Shown piece by piece: positions 1-7,195 of a stretch of DNA of 33,012 bases. The notes below the pieces were generated by a model, which saw only the letters and a program-made list of their open reading frames with translations, ran no database searches and had not been told where the DNA came from. The position numbers and the translations under genes are program-made. The stretch lies in the IMG/VR virus record IMGVR_UViG_3300045988_126595, positions 1 to 33,012 of that record; one strand, 5' to 3'. How positions within the stretch are numbered: the stretch's first letter is position 1; the number at the start of each line of letters is the position of its first letter. Source of the DNA: a virus.

Positions 1-55
1 ATTGTCCTCATAGAACATTAGATATGGGGTGGGATAGATTTCTAAATATGATAAA
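1..55. repeat. Terminal direct repeat, identical to 32958-33012 (circular-closure or assembly overlap)
   Basis: The 55-nt string attgtcctcatagaacattagatatggggtgggatagatttctaaatatgataaa occurs at both window ends. Confidence 0.95.
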
Positions 56-497
56 GGCTAAATTAGAAGATAAACCTGTTTCAAATAAAGTCAATGCTTT
101 TTATAGAGTAAAAACTCAAAAACATGGTTGGTTATCAGAGGTTAAAAATCTAGAAGATTATGCTGGTTGGGAGAATAGTCCTATAACTGGACTTGCTATA
201 AGAGTAGATAAAGGTTCTATTAAATATAGAGTTCATATTGCAGGCAGAGGATGGTTACCTTATGTAACTGGCTATAATATTAACGATATATTTAATGGCT
301 ATGCTGGTAATGGCAGTATTATTGATTGTGTAGAATGCTATTACTATACTCCTAATAATATTAGACCATTCAAAAAAGCAAAATATAAAGTTAATAATTA
401 TCCTTATCAACATGATAATGAAAAAATTAATGGTCAAGATGGCTATGCGGGAGTATATGGAGTTAGTGCTACTAAATTTCAAATAACAATTGAATAA
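1..497 (+). CDS. Endolysin, C-terminal (cell-wall-binding) part; continuation of the ORF that starts at 32546
   Basis: The frame of 32546..33012 continues in frame through the 55-bp overlap to the stop at 495-497; the joined ORF is 909 nt (302 aa). The C-terminal half has two ChW-like repeats (Y.V....GWLSEV....AG and YRVH..GRGWLPYV.G...YAG). Confidence 0.85.
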   Translation, partial: CPHRTLDMGWDRFLNMIKAKLEDKPVSNKVNAFYRVKTQKHGWLSEVKNLEDYAGWENSPITGLAIRVDKGSIKYRVHIAGRGWLPYVTGYNINDIFNGYAGNGSIIDCVECYYYTPNNIRPFKKAKYKVNNYPYQHDNEKINGQDGYAGVYGVSATKFQITIE

Positions 498-510
498 AGA
501 TGTTAAAATA

Positions 511-810
511 ATGCTTAAAATCTATAAAACAAAAGAAAGAGATTGGATGGGCTATAAGATATATAGAAACACACCATTAACAAGACATCATATATTTAAA
601 AAGGTGTATGGCGGAGATAATAATATATCTAATTATGCTTTATTAATAGAAAAATCTCACGAGGACTTGCATAAAATTGAAAAGATAGATTTACAAGCAT
701 ATAATGAATTAAATAATTTATTCAGAGAATTAAATGAAAGTATGCAACCTCCAAACGAAGAATATTACCAAAATGTAGGTAAAATATTAAAGAGAGTTAA
801 AAAAAATTAA
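511..810 (+). CDS. Small HNH-family endonuclease (start uncertain: TTG 490 or ATG 511)
   Basis: Motif LTRHHIFKKVYGGDNNISNYALLIEKSHEDLH fits the H-N-H pattern. There is no convincing RBS for either start. Confidence 0.55.
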   Translation: MLKIYKTKERDWMGYKIYRNTPLTRHHIFKKVYGGDNNISNYALLIEKSHEDLHKIEKIDLQAYNELNNLFRELNESMQPPNEEYYQNVGKILKRVKKN

Positions 811-820
811 CTCTTTTTTC
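793..820 (+). terminator. Intrinsic terminator closing the late/lysis transcription unit
   Basis: agagtta (793-799) pairs with taactct (808-814) around an 8-nt loop, followed by a T-run (ctcttttttctttatttt). Confidence 0.6.
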
Positions 821-880
821 TTTATTTTATAAGGGTTTATAAAGAAAATGCAAAAAAATTAAAAAAGTCATTAAAATGTA

Positions 881-910
881 TTGACAAATGTATATACCTT
901 ATGTTATAAT
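881..910 (+). promoter_or_regulatory. Near-consensus sigma-A promoter (early)
   Basis: TTGACA (881-886), 18-nt spacer, TGtTATAAT with TATAAT at 905-910; an RBS and ATG follow at 941. Confidence 0.7.
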
Positions 911-940
911 AATATTGTAATTAAGGAAAGGAGAACAAAA

Positions 941-1147
941 ATGGAAAAGTTAACTAAAGAAGAAATGTTAAAAGAATTAAGAAAAATAGAATTAGAAAGA
1001 ATTGAAATGGATATGTATGGTGGTTCTAGAGAAGAATACATAAAACTATGTGAAAAAGAAAAAGAATTAAAAGAAAAATTATACAATGCAGATTATAGAG
1101 AAATAACAAACGATGAAGTTAAAGATTTCATAAGAGTAGGATATTAA
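941..1147 (+). CDS. Hypothetical early protein, paralog of 3147..3341
   Basis: RBS aaggaaaggaga precedes ATG 941. The ORF-track start at 881 is the promoter -35 box. About 70% aa identity to the 3147 ORF (MDMYGGSREEY...KLYNADYREITNDEVKDF). Confidence 0.75.
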   Translation: MEKLTKEEMLKELRKIELERIEMDMYGGSREEYIKLCEKEKELKEKLYNADYREITNDEVKDFIRVGY

Positions 1148-1159
1148 GGAGGAGGAATA

Positions 1160-1246
1160 ATGAAAAAGATAATTAAATGGTTAAAAGATAATTTAGACAT
1201 AGATTTATATGAATATTATGGAGTTAAGAAAGGAGAAAAAATATAA
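1160..1246 (+). CDS. Small hypothetical protein (28 aa)
   Basis: Strong RBS aaggaggagg 6 nt upstream of the ATG; stop overlaps the next ATG (ATAATG coupling). Confidence 0.4.
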   Translation: MKKIIKWLKDNLDIDLYEYYGVKKGEKI

Positions 1247-1335
1247 TGAAAAAGTTTTTAAAAGAAAATAAAGGAGTAATTATATTCTATGCAGAATTAG
1301 TTATAATTACATTAATAGTAGTAAATAATTTATAG
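1246..1335 (+). CDS. Small hypothetical membrane peptide (29 aa)
   Basis: Translationally coupled to the previous ORF; hydrophobic stretch VIIFYAELVIITLIVV. Confidence 0.4.
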   Translation: MKKFLKENKGVIIFYAELVIITLIVVNNL

Positions 1336-1350
1336 AAAGGAAGTGATAAG

Positions 1351-1524
1351 ATGATAAATAATGATGATATGATAAAAATGGGATTATTAATATTATTATC
1401 AATTGTAATTGGAGCAATAATTACTTATGTTGGGTTTACTTATAACAGATATGATGTTAATAGAGATGGAAAAGTAACATCTGCAGATTATGTAGAAATT
1501 AAAAATTATATTATGAAAAAATAA
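1351..1524 (+). CDS. 57-aa membrane-anchored protein with a single dockerin/EF-hand-like Ca-binding loop
   Basis: RBS gaaaggaagtga. TM helix MGLLILLSIVIGAIITYVGF is followed by DVNRDGKVTSADYVEIKNYIM (compare the dockerin repeat DVNGDGKVNSTDxxxLKRYLL). Confidence 0.55.
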   Translation: MINNDDMIKMGLLILLSIVIGAIITYVGFTYNRYDVNRDGKVTSADYVEIKNYIMKK

Positions 1525-1594
1525 AAAAGGAGAATAAAAATGAAAGTTGGATACCTGGTGTTACTAGAAGATATAAAGAATTAGGAGGGAAATA

Positions 1595-1867
1595 ATGGAA
1601 GAATTTAAATTACAGTTCTACTTCAATTTATATAAGAATACTTCTATGGATAGTAGAAATGATTTTAGAGCAAAGTTTCATAAGAGACATGGGGAGTTTC
1701 GTTATTTAAATGAATTGATAAGGATGATAGAAAATTATCAAATAAAAACATTTGGTTGCACTTTACATGAGGGCTATAACAGCAGGCTAAAGCAACAGAC
1801 AAATGCCTACCTAAGAGGAAGAGAAAGAAAGAAATCAAATGGAAGGAGGTGGAGGAATTATGAATAA
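1595..1867 (+). CDS. Hypothetical protein (basic C-terminus)
   Basis: RBS aggaggg 6 nt upstream of the ATG; 90-aa ORF. Confidence 0.6.
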   Translation: MEEFKLQFYFNLYKNTSMDSRNDFRAKFHKRHGEFRYLNELIRMIENYQIKTFGCTLHEGYNSRLKQQTNAYLRGRERKKSNGRRWRNYE

Positions 1868-2069
1868 TGTTTATATTAATTTAAAAGAAAAAAATATTTG
1901 TGATCCAATAAATGATATATTTAAAAATCAAGATTTAGTATCTATTGAAGAATTAATTGATAAATTAGAAGATTATTATGCAGAAATAGGAAAACAACAA
2001 GAAGAAATTGAAGATTTAAAAGAATATAAAAATCAATATTGCGAATTATATGACCAATATTGTAGATAG
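1860..2069 (+). CDS. Hypothetical acidic coiled-coil protein
   Basis: RBS ggaggtggagg precedes ATG 1860 (the ORF-track start 1839 has no RBS); overlaps the previous stop (ATGAATAA). Confidence 0.65.
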   Translation: MNNVYINLKEKNICDPINDIFKNQDLVSIEELIDKLEDYYAEIGKQQEEIEDLKEYKNQYCELYDQYCR

Positions 2070-2077
2070 GAGATAAT

Positions 2078-2233
2078 ATGAGAAAGAAAACAAAAACAAA
2101 AGTATTAAATATTAGACTTTCTGAATGGGAGTTTAATGAATTAGAAAAAGCAACAAAGTTGACAGGTCAGAGCAAGACATCGTTCTTAATAATGGCTATG
2201 CTTGAAAAAACACAAAGAATAGGAGGTAAATAA
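2078..2233 (+). CDS. Ribbon-helix-helix (CopG/MobC-like) DNA-binding protein, 51 aa
   Basis: VLNIRLSEWEFNELEKATKLTGQSKTSFLIMAML fits the RHH beta-alpha-alpha pattern; RBS taggaga; stop overlaps the next ATG. Not in the ORF track because it is under 60 aa. Confidence 0.55.
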   Translation: MRKKTKTKVLNIRLSEWEFNELEKATKLTGQSKTSFLIMAMLEKTQRIGGK

Positions 2234-2700
2234 TGGAAGAAAAATTATTCTTATTTAACCCTTTTAACATAAAAAACATAAGTGAAAAAGAACTTGCTAG
2301 TATGTATCAAGAAGTATTTAAAAAGATTGTAGATGAACCTAATTCAATGTATTTATATGCTCATAATATAGAAGTTTATTCCAATCTTAATTACATAATA
2401 GGAGAAGTGATAGCAAGATTAACTAAAGACATAATAGAATTAAAAACACAAATAGAAATAGATAGAGCAATAAAAACAACCGAAGAAAGAAAGAACTGGA
2501 ATACCGAAAGAGATGGAAAAACACCCGCTATGGCTTATTTTGAGGCTCTAGGAACTCGTTTCTGCAAAGATAGTATAAACAGACTAGCAGATAAAGAATG
2601 CTCGTTAAAAAGGTTTAAAAATGCTTATACAAGTACAGAAAATAAAATTAATGCTCTAAAAAAGAAAATGGAAAGTATAAAGTTTGAAGAATTTAATTAA
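2233..2700 (+). CDS. Hypothetical protein
   Basis: 155-aa ORF, RBS aggaggt, coupled to the RHH gene. Confidence 0.75.
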   Translation: MEEKLFLFNPFNIKNISEKELASMYQEVFKKIVDEPNSMYLYAHNIEVYSNLNYIIGEVIARLTKDIIELKTQIEIDRAIKTTEERKNWNTERDGKTPAMAYFEALGTRFCKDSINRLADKECSLKRFKNAYTSTENKINALKKKMESIKFEEFN

Positions 2701-2737
2701 AATTTTCTCTTTTTTTGTATTTTTTTGTTAAAATCAG

Positions 2738-2766
2738 TTGACATTAATTCGAATAGGGTGTATAAT
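2738..2766 (+). promoter_or_regulatory. Consensus sigma-A promoter
   Basis: TTGACA (2738-2743), 17-nt spacer, TATAAT (2761-2766). Confidence 0.7.
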
Positions 2767-2801
2767 ATATATGTAATCAAAAAAAGGAAGGAATGATTAA
2801 T

Positions 2802-3131
2802 ATGATTATAGCAAATTGGTTTTTATATAAAAACTTTACACAAAATGAAAGGTTAGTAATAGAACAAGATGATTATACAATAATAAGTGAAACAGAAAAA
2901 GCAATAAGAGTTAGATTTATGAGTGATTATGGAAATGTAACTACTTGGTTACCAAAATCAGTAGTTTCTTATGAGAAAACAAAAACAACATTCAAGCAAG
3001 AAGAAGTTAAAGAGGAAATTAAAATTAAAACAAAAACTGGAGAAATTAAAGAAGTAACTTGGATGGACAGTTTAACTGTGCAAACAACAGATGGAAAAAC
3101 TTATATGAAATTCGCAGTACAATTTATTTAG
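2802..3131 (+). CDS. Hypothetical protein (T.KA...-W.PK..V motif shared with 3343..3729)
   Basis: RBS aaaggaagga. ATG 2802 is better spaced than ATG 2793. Motif: SETEKAIRVRF...TTWLPKSVV. Confidence 0.7.
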   Translation: MIIANWFLYKNFTQNERLVIEQDDYTIISETEKAIRVRFMSDYGNVTTWLPKSVVSYEKTKTTFKQEEVKEEIKIKTKTGEIKEVTWMDSLTVQTTDGKTYMKFAVQFI

Positions 3132-3146
3132 AAAGGTGGTGATAAT

Positions 3147-3341
3147 ATGAGAGATAAATTATTAAAAGAATTAAAAGATGTAGAATTAGAAAGAACAGCA
3201 ATGGATATGTATGGTGGTTCTAGAGAAGAGTATTTAAATTTATGCAAAAGAGAAAAAGAATTAAGAGAAAAATTATACAATGCAGATTATAGAGAAATAA
3301 CAAACGATGAAGTAAAAGATTTTGTAAAAGGTGGTTATTAG
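3147..3341 (+). CDS. Hypothetical protein, paralog of 941..1147
   Basis: RBS aaaggtggtga. A 46-nt stretch aaaaattatacaatgcagattatagagaaataacaaacgatgaagt is shared identically with the 941 gene. Confidence 0.8.
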   Translation: MRDKLLKELKDVELERTAMDMYGGSREEYLNLCKREKELREKLYNADYREITNDEVKDFVKGGY

Positions 3342-3342
3342 T

Positions 3343-3729
3343 ATGTGGTATGAAATAGAAATTAATAAGCAAAATATTATTTATGATACTGGTAAAGCAG
3401 TTTTAATTAAAATGCCTAATAATTCAAAATATGCAAGTTTAACATTTTGGCATCCAAAAAAATTAGTTAGAGATGGCTCTAATTCTTATGCAGTTTCTAT
3501 TAGTTATAATGAAAATTTTCAATTTACTTTATTCAAAAAAGGGCAAGGAAAATATAATAGAAATGAAATGATTAAAAAACAAATAATAGGAATTAAAGAG
3601 TTTGAAGAAGCATTTGAATGTATGGAAAATTGTACTAAAGCAAAGTCTAAAGAGAGTTATTTAATAGTAAAAGAACCCGAAAAGGTAGAAAAAGAAATTA
3701 TTATAGAAAGAAGTTTATTAAATGAATAA
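3343..3729 (+). CDS. Hypothetical protein (T.KA...-W.PK..V motif)
   Basis: ATG 3343 lies 9 nt after aaaggtgg; DTGKAVLIKM...TFWHPKKLV. Directly upstream of and overlapping the SNF2 helicase gene. Confidence 0.7.
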   Translation: MWYEIEINKQNIIYDTGKAVLIKMPNNSKYASLTFWHPKKLVRDGSNSYAVSISYNENFQFTLFKKGQGKYNRNEMIKKQIIGIKEFEEAFECMENCTKAKSKESYLIVKEPEKVEKEIIIERSLLNE

Positions 3730-4951
3730 TCATCAAGAAAAAGCATTTGAAAAGTTTTCCAAATTAAAAGTAGGTGCTTTGTTTATGCAAATGGGAACAG
3801 GTAAAACTAGAGTAGCAATTGAATTAATAGATTATAATAAATGTGATTTATTAATTTATGTAGCACCATTTAGCACATTAAAAAACATTGAAAATGAATT
3901 TATTAAATGGGAATTAAAAACATCATATAAATTAATTGGTTATGAGACTATTAGTTCTAGTGATGTTAAATATTTAGATTTATTGAAAAAATTAGAAAAT
4001 AAAAAATGTTTTATAGTAGCAGATGAAAGTATCTTTATTAAAAATGAAGAGACAAAAAGATTTAAAAGATTAATTCAATTAAGAAACAAATGTGAATATG
4101 CTCTTATACTTAATGGAACACCTATAACAAAAAATGAGTGGGATATATATAATCAAATGTTCTTCTTAAGTCCATTAATAATAAACATGAATAGAGAACA
4201 ATTTCTTAATACCTTTTTTAAAAAAATCACATACAAAAAAGCAAAAAGCAATGAAAAAGTATTTTATAAATTTAGTGAAGTAAATGCCAATTTGTTACAA
4301 GGGATGATAGAACCTTATATATTTAAATGTGAATTAGATTTTAATAAAAAAGAAGAAGAAAATTATATTTATATCAATTATGAAGATAATGGATATTATG
4401 AAGAAAAAGAAAAGAAATTAAATGAATATATAGAAAAAAGAACATCAGATGTTATAATAAATATGCTTACTAATTTAAATGTAATTGCGTCTAATTATAA
4501 AAAGAAAAATGATAAATTAATTGAATATATAAAAAACAAAAGGTTAATAGTATTTTGCAACTACTTAGATGAGATTAAATATATAAGTGATAGAGTTGAG
4601 TGTTATTTAATAACTGGAGAAACACCAAGAAGAGATATAATAATTGATAATTTCAAAAACAATAATATTCCTTTATTAATGACTTACGGAGTAGGAAGTT
4701 ATTCATTAAATTTACAATTTTGCAATGAAATAGTATATTCAAGTATTAATTTTGATTATGCCAAATTGGAACAAAGTAAATATAGAATTAAAAGAATAGG
4801 GCAAAAACAAGATATTAAATATACCTACTTCTTAACTGATTTAGGCATTAATAAATTAATATTAGAAAATATAAAAAGAAAAATGACTTTAGAAAATTTA
4901 GTTAAAGAAAAATTAGAGGAGAGTGATATTGAGTGGCTAAAAGATATATAG
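3722..4951 (+). CDS. SNF2-family (SF2) helicase/ATPase
   Basis: Motif I MQMGTGKT, motif II VADESIFIKN, motif III LNGTPITKN, motif VI QSKYRIKRIGQKQD. Confidence 0.85.
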   Translation: MNNHQEKAFEKFSKLKVGALFMQMGTGKTRVAIELIDYNKCDLLIYVAPFSTLKNIENEFIKWELKTSYKLIGYETISSSDVKYLDLLKKLENKKCFIVADESIFIKNEETKRFKRLIQLRNKCEYALILNGTPITKNEWDIYNQMFFLSPLIINMNREQFLNTFFKKITYKKAKSNEKVFYKFSEVNANLLQGMIEPYIFKCELDFNKKEEENYIYINYEDNGYYEEKEKKLNEYIEKRTSDVIINMLTNLNVIASNYKKKNDKLIEYIKNKRLIVFCNYLDEIKYISDRVECYLITGETPRRDIIIDNFKNNNIPLLMTYGVGSYSLNLQFCNEIVYSSINFDYAKLEQSKYRIKRIGQKQDIKYTYFLTDLGINKLILENIKRKMTLENLVKEKLEESDIEWLKDI

Positions 4952-6228
4952 AAAAAAATGTATACGAAAGTGCTAAAGAAAGAATTAGTTTTATATTTAA
5001 TGAATTTGATAATATTTGTGTATCATTTAGTGGTGGTAAAGATAGTGGAGTAGTACTTAATTTAGCAATAGAAGAGGCAAGAAAAAGAAAAAGAAAGATA
5101 GGAGTAGTATTTATAGATTTAGAGGCTTGGTATAAAAAAACTGAAGAATTTATTAATAGAATGATATTTAATAATTTAGATGTATTAGAACCTTATTGGA
5201 TATGTTTACCTATGAAGAGTGATAATTCTCTTTCTTATTTTGAACCTTTTTGGATATGGTGGGAAAGGGGAAAAGAAGATATATGGGTAAGACCTATGCC
5301 TCAAAACGAATATGTTATTAATTTAAATAATAATAAATTAGATTTTTACAAAGAAAACATGACATTTGAAGATTTTGTTAAAGAGTTTGGCAATTGGTAT
5401 GGCAAAGGAGAAAAGACTGCTTGTTTATTAGGAATTAGAGCAAATGAAAGTTTAAATAGATATAGAGCAATAGTGATGGATAAAACAAAATATAAAAATA
5501 AGAATTATTCAACATTAGTTAAAAATGAAACTTATAATTTTTATCCTATATATGATTGGACTGTCGATGATATTTGGACTTATAATGGAAAGTTTGAAAA
5601 AGACTATAATCATTTATATGATTTATTCTATAAAGCAGGAATAAGTATTTATAAAATGAGGGTAGATGAGCCATTTGGAGATACTTGCAAGGCTGGTTTG
5701 AATATGTTTAAGGTAATAGAGCCAGAGACTTGGTTTAGAGTGGCAAATAGAGTATCAGGGGCTAATATGGGGTCATTGTATAATCATAATAAAATTATGA
5801 ATTCCAATTATACATTACCAAAAGGACATACTTGGAAGACATTTACTGAATTTTTACTAGATACTCTGCCAAAAGATACTGCAGATAATTATAGAGTTAA
5901 GTTTTACAAATTTGCTAAGTATTGGGAAGAAGTTGGATGTGGTCTACCAGAAAATGAAATAAAAATATTGGAAGAAAAATATTCAGATAAGATTATAAAT
6001 ACTCATCAATTTAATAATAGAGGTAAAAAAGATAAAGAAGTAATAGTATTTAAAGATATAGTTGATGAAATACCCGAATTAGATACAAAAAGTGAATTAT
6101 TAACATGGAAAAGAATGGCAATGTGTATTATCAAAAATGATTATCTATGTAGAAGATTAAATTTTGGAATAACAAAAGATTTAACAAAAAGACAATCGGA
6201 ACTTTTAGAAAAATATAAAAATTTATAA
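4933..6228 (+). CDS. PAPS-reductase-like PP-loop ATPase with long C-terminal extension (IbrA/DndC-like)
   Basis: PP-loop VSFSGGKDSGVVLNL near the N-terminus; 431 aa. GTG start overlaps the SNF2 gene end by 19 nt. Confidence 0.8.
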   Translation: MAKRYIEKNVYESAKERISFIFNEFDNICVSFSGGKDSGVVLNLAIEEARKRKRKIGVVFIDLEAWYKKTEEFINRMIFNNLDVLEPYWICLPMKSDNSLSYFEPFWIWWERGKEDIWVRPMPQNEYVINLNNNKLDFYKENMTFEDFVKEFGNWYGKGEKTACLLGIRANESLNRYRAIVMDKTKYKNKNYSTLVKNETYNFYPIYDWTVDDIWTYNGKFEKDYNHLYDLFYKAGISIYKMRVDEPFGDTCKAGLNMFKVIEPETWFRVANRVSGANMGSLYNHNKIMNSNYTLPKGHTWKTFTEFLLDTLPKDTADNYRVKFYKFAKYWEEVGCGLPENEIKILEEKYSDKIINTHQFNNRGKKDKEVIVFKDIVDEIPELDTKSELLTWKRMAMCIIKNDYLCRRLNFGITKDLTKRQSELLEKYKNL

Positions 6229-6241
6229 GGAGAGTGATGTT

Positions 6242-6745
6242 ATGTTTAAAAGTCCAGTTTATAATGTTATAGGAGTACCTATTGAAAAAGTTAGAGCAAA
6301 TTCATATAACCCTAATGCGGTAGCACCTGCAGAAATGAAACTTTTGTATGATAGTATTAAAGAAGATGGCTATACAATGCCTATAGTATGTTATTATTTA
6401 AAAGATGAAGATATGTACGAAATAGTAGATGGTTTTCATAGATATTCTATAATGTTAAAATATAAAGATATTTATGAAAGAGAAAATGGGATATTACCAG
6501 TATCGGTAATAGACAAGCCTATTAGTGATAGAATGGCAAGTACTATTAGACATAATAGGGCAAGAGGAAGTCATAATGTAGACCTTATGAGTGGAATAGT
6601 AGGAGAACTACACGAATTAGGCAAAACCGATGCTTGGATAATGAAACATCTAGGAATGGATGCAGATGAAGTATTAAGATTAAAACAAATAAGTGGTCTT
6701 GCTAGTCTTTTTAAAGATAAAGAATTTAGCAAATCTTGGGAATAA
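6242..6745 (+). CDS. ParB/sulfiredoxin-fold N-terminal-domain protein (IbrB-like)
   Basis: Motifs NPNAV, IVDGFHRY and IRHNRARG. Immediately downstream of the PAPS-reductase-like gene. Confidence 0.8.
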   Translation: MFKSPVYNVIGVPIEKVRANSYNPNAVAPAEMKLLYDSIKEDGYTMPIVCYYLKDEDMYEIVDGFHRYSIMLKYKDIYERENGILPVSVIDKPISDRMASTIRHNRARGSHNVDLMSGIVGELHELGKTDAWIMKHLGMDADEVLRLKQISGLASLFKDKEFSKSWE

Positions 6746-6749
6746 GCAG

Positions 6750-6778
6750 TTGAAAAAACAACAAAAATATGTTATAAT
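6750..6778 (+). promoter_or_regulatory. Sigma-A promoter with extended -10
   Basis: TTGAAA (6750-6755), 17-nt spacer, TGtTATAAT with TATAAT at 6773-6778. Confidence 0.65.
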
Positions 6779-6783
6779 TATAT

Positions 6784-6867
6784 TGGTTAGGACATAAAGA
6801 GCATTTGATGATGAGTAGGTAAGTCCTAACCAGTATACCTATTTATCATCAAGTGTTCTTTTTGTTT
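6784..6867 (+). ncRNA. Short structured transcript/leader ending in an intrinsic terminator (candidate sRNA or attenuator)
   Basis: Stem A pairs 6784-6793 (tggttaggac) with 6823-6832 (gtcctaacca). Stem B pairs 6799-6812 (gagcatttgatgat) with 6845-6858 (atcatcaagtgttc): 14 bp with 2 G-U, followed by tttttgttt. The two stems interleave in pseudoknot topology. Confidence 0.45.
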
Positions 6868-6976
6868 AATCAGAAAGTGAGGAAAAAATGGCAAAATTCA
6901 AAGAGATGATAGAACAAAAATAATATGAAGATAGGGGTGGAGATATTAAAAAGATAATATTTCTTCTTTTTATATA

Positions 6977-7005
6977 TTGACATACCCACTTAAATGGTGT
7001 ATAAT
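6977..7005 (+). promoter_or_regulatory. Consensus sigma-A promoter (replication operon)
   Basis: TTGACA (6977-6982), 17-nt spacer, TATAAT (7000-7005). Confidence 0.7.
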
Positions 7006-7034
7006 CAATTTAGATAAGAAAGGTAGGTGATAAA

Positions 7035-7193
7035 ATGAAACTATTATTTAGATTTATGAAGAAAGCAGACAAGGATAGAAATAGAATAACTATACCACAA
7101 TTTCTAATTAATAAATATGGTAGTGAATTCTATTTAGAGTTCTATGATGATGAAACTATAAAATTAGTACCAGTTAAAAAGGAGGAAAAATAA
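7035..7193 (+). CDS. AbrB/SpoVT-like (looped-hinge helix) DNA-binding protein, 52 aa
   Basis: RBS aaaggtaggtga. NRITIPQFLINKYGSEFYLEFYDDETIKLVPV resembles the SpoVT_AbrB signature. Not in the ORF track because it is under 60 aa. Confidence 0.55.
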   Translation: MKLLFRFMKKADKDRNRITIPQFLINKYGSEFYLEFYDDETIKLVPVKKEEK

Positions 7194-7195
7194 AA

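Noticed and set aside
881-940. N-terminal extension of the 881..1147 ORF (TTG start)
   Set aside because: The TTG is the first base triplet of the TTGACA -35 box. A strong RBS precedes ATG 941, and the paralog at 3147 aligns from there.
6242-6745. ParB-like gene as a plasmid-prophage partition system
   Set aside because: No ParA ATPase or parS-like repeats are nearby. It is tightly paired with a PAPS-reductase-like gene, which is the IbrA/IbrB-type arrangement.
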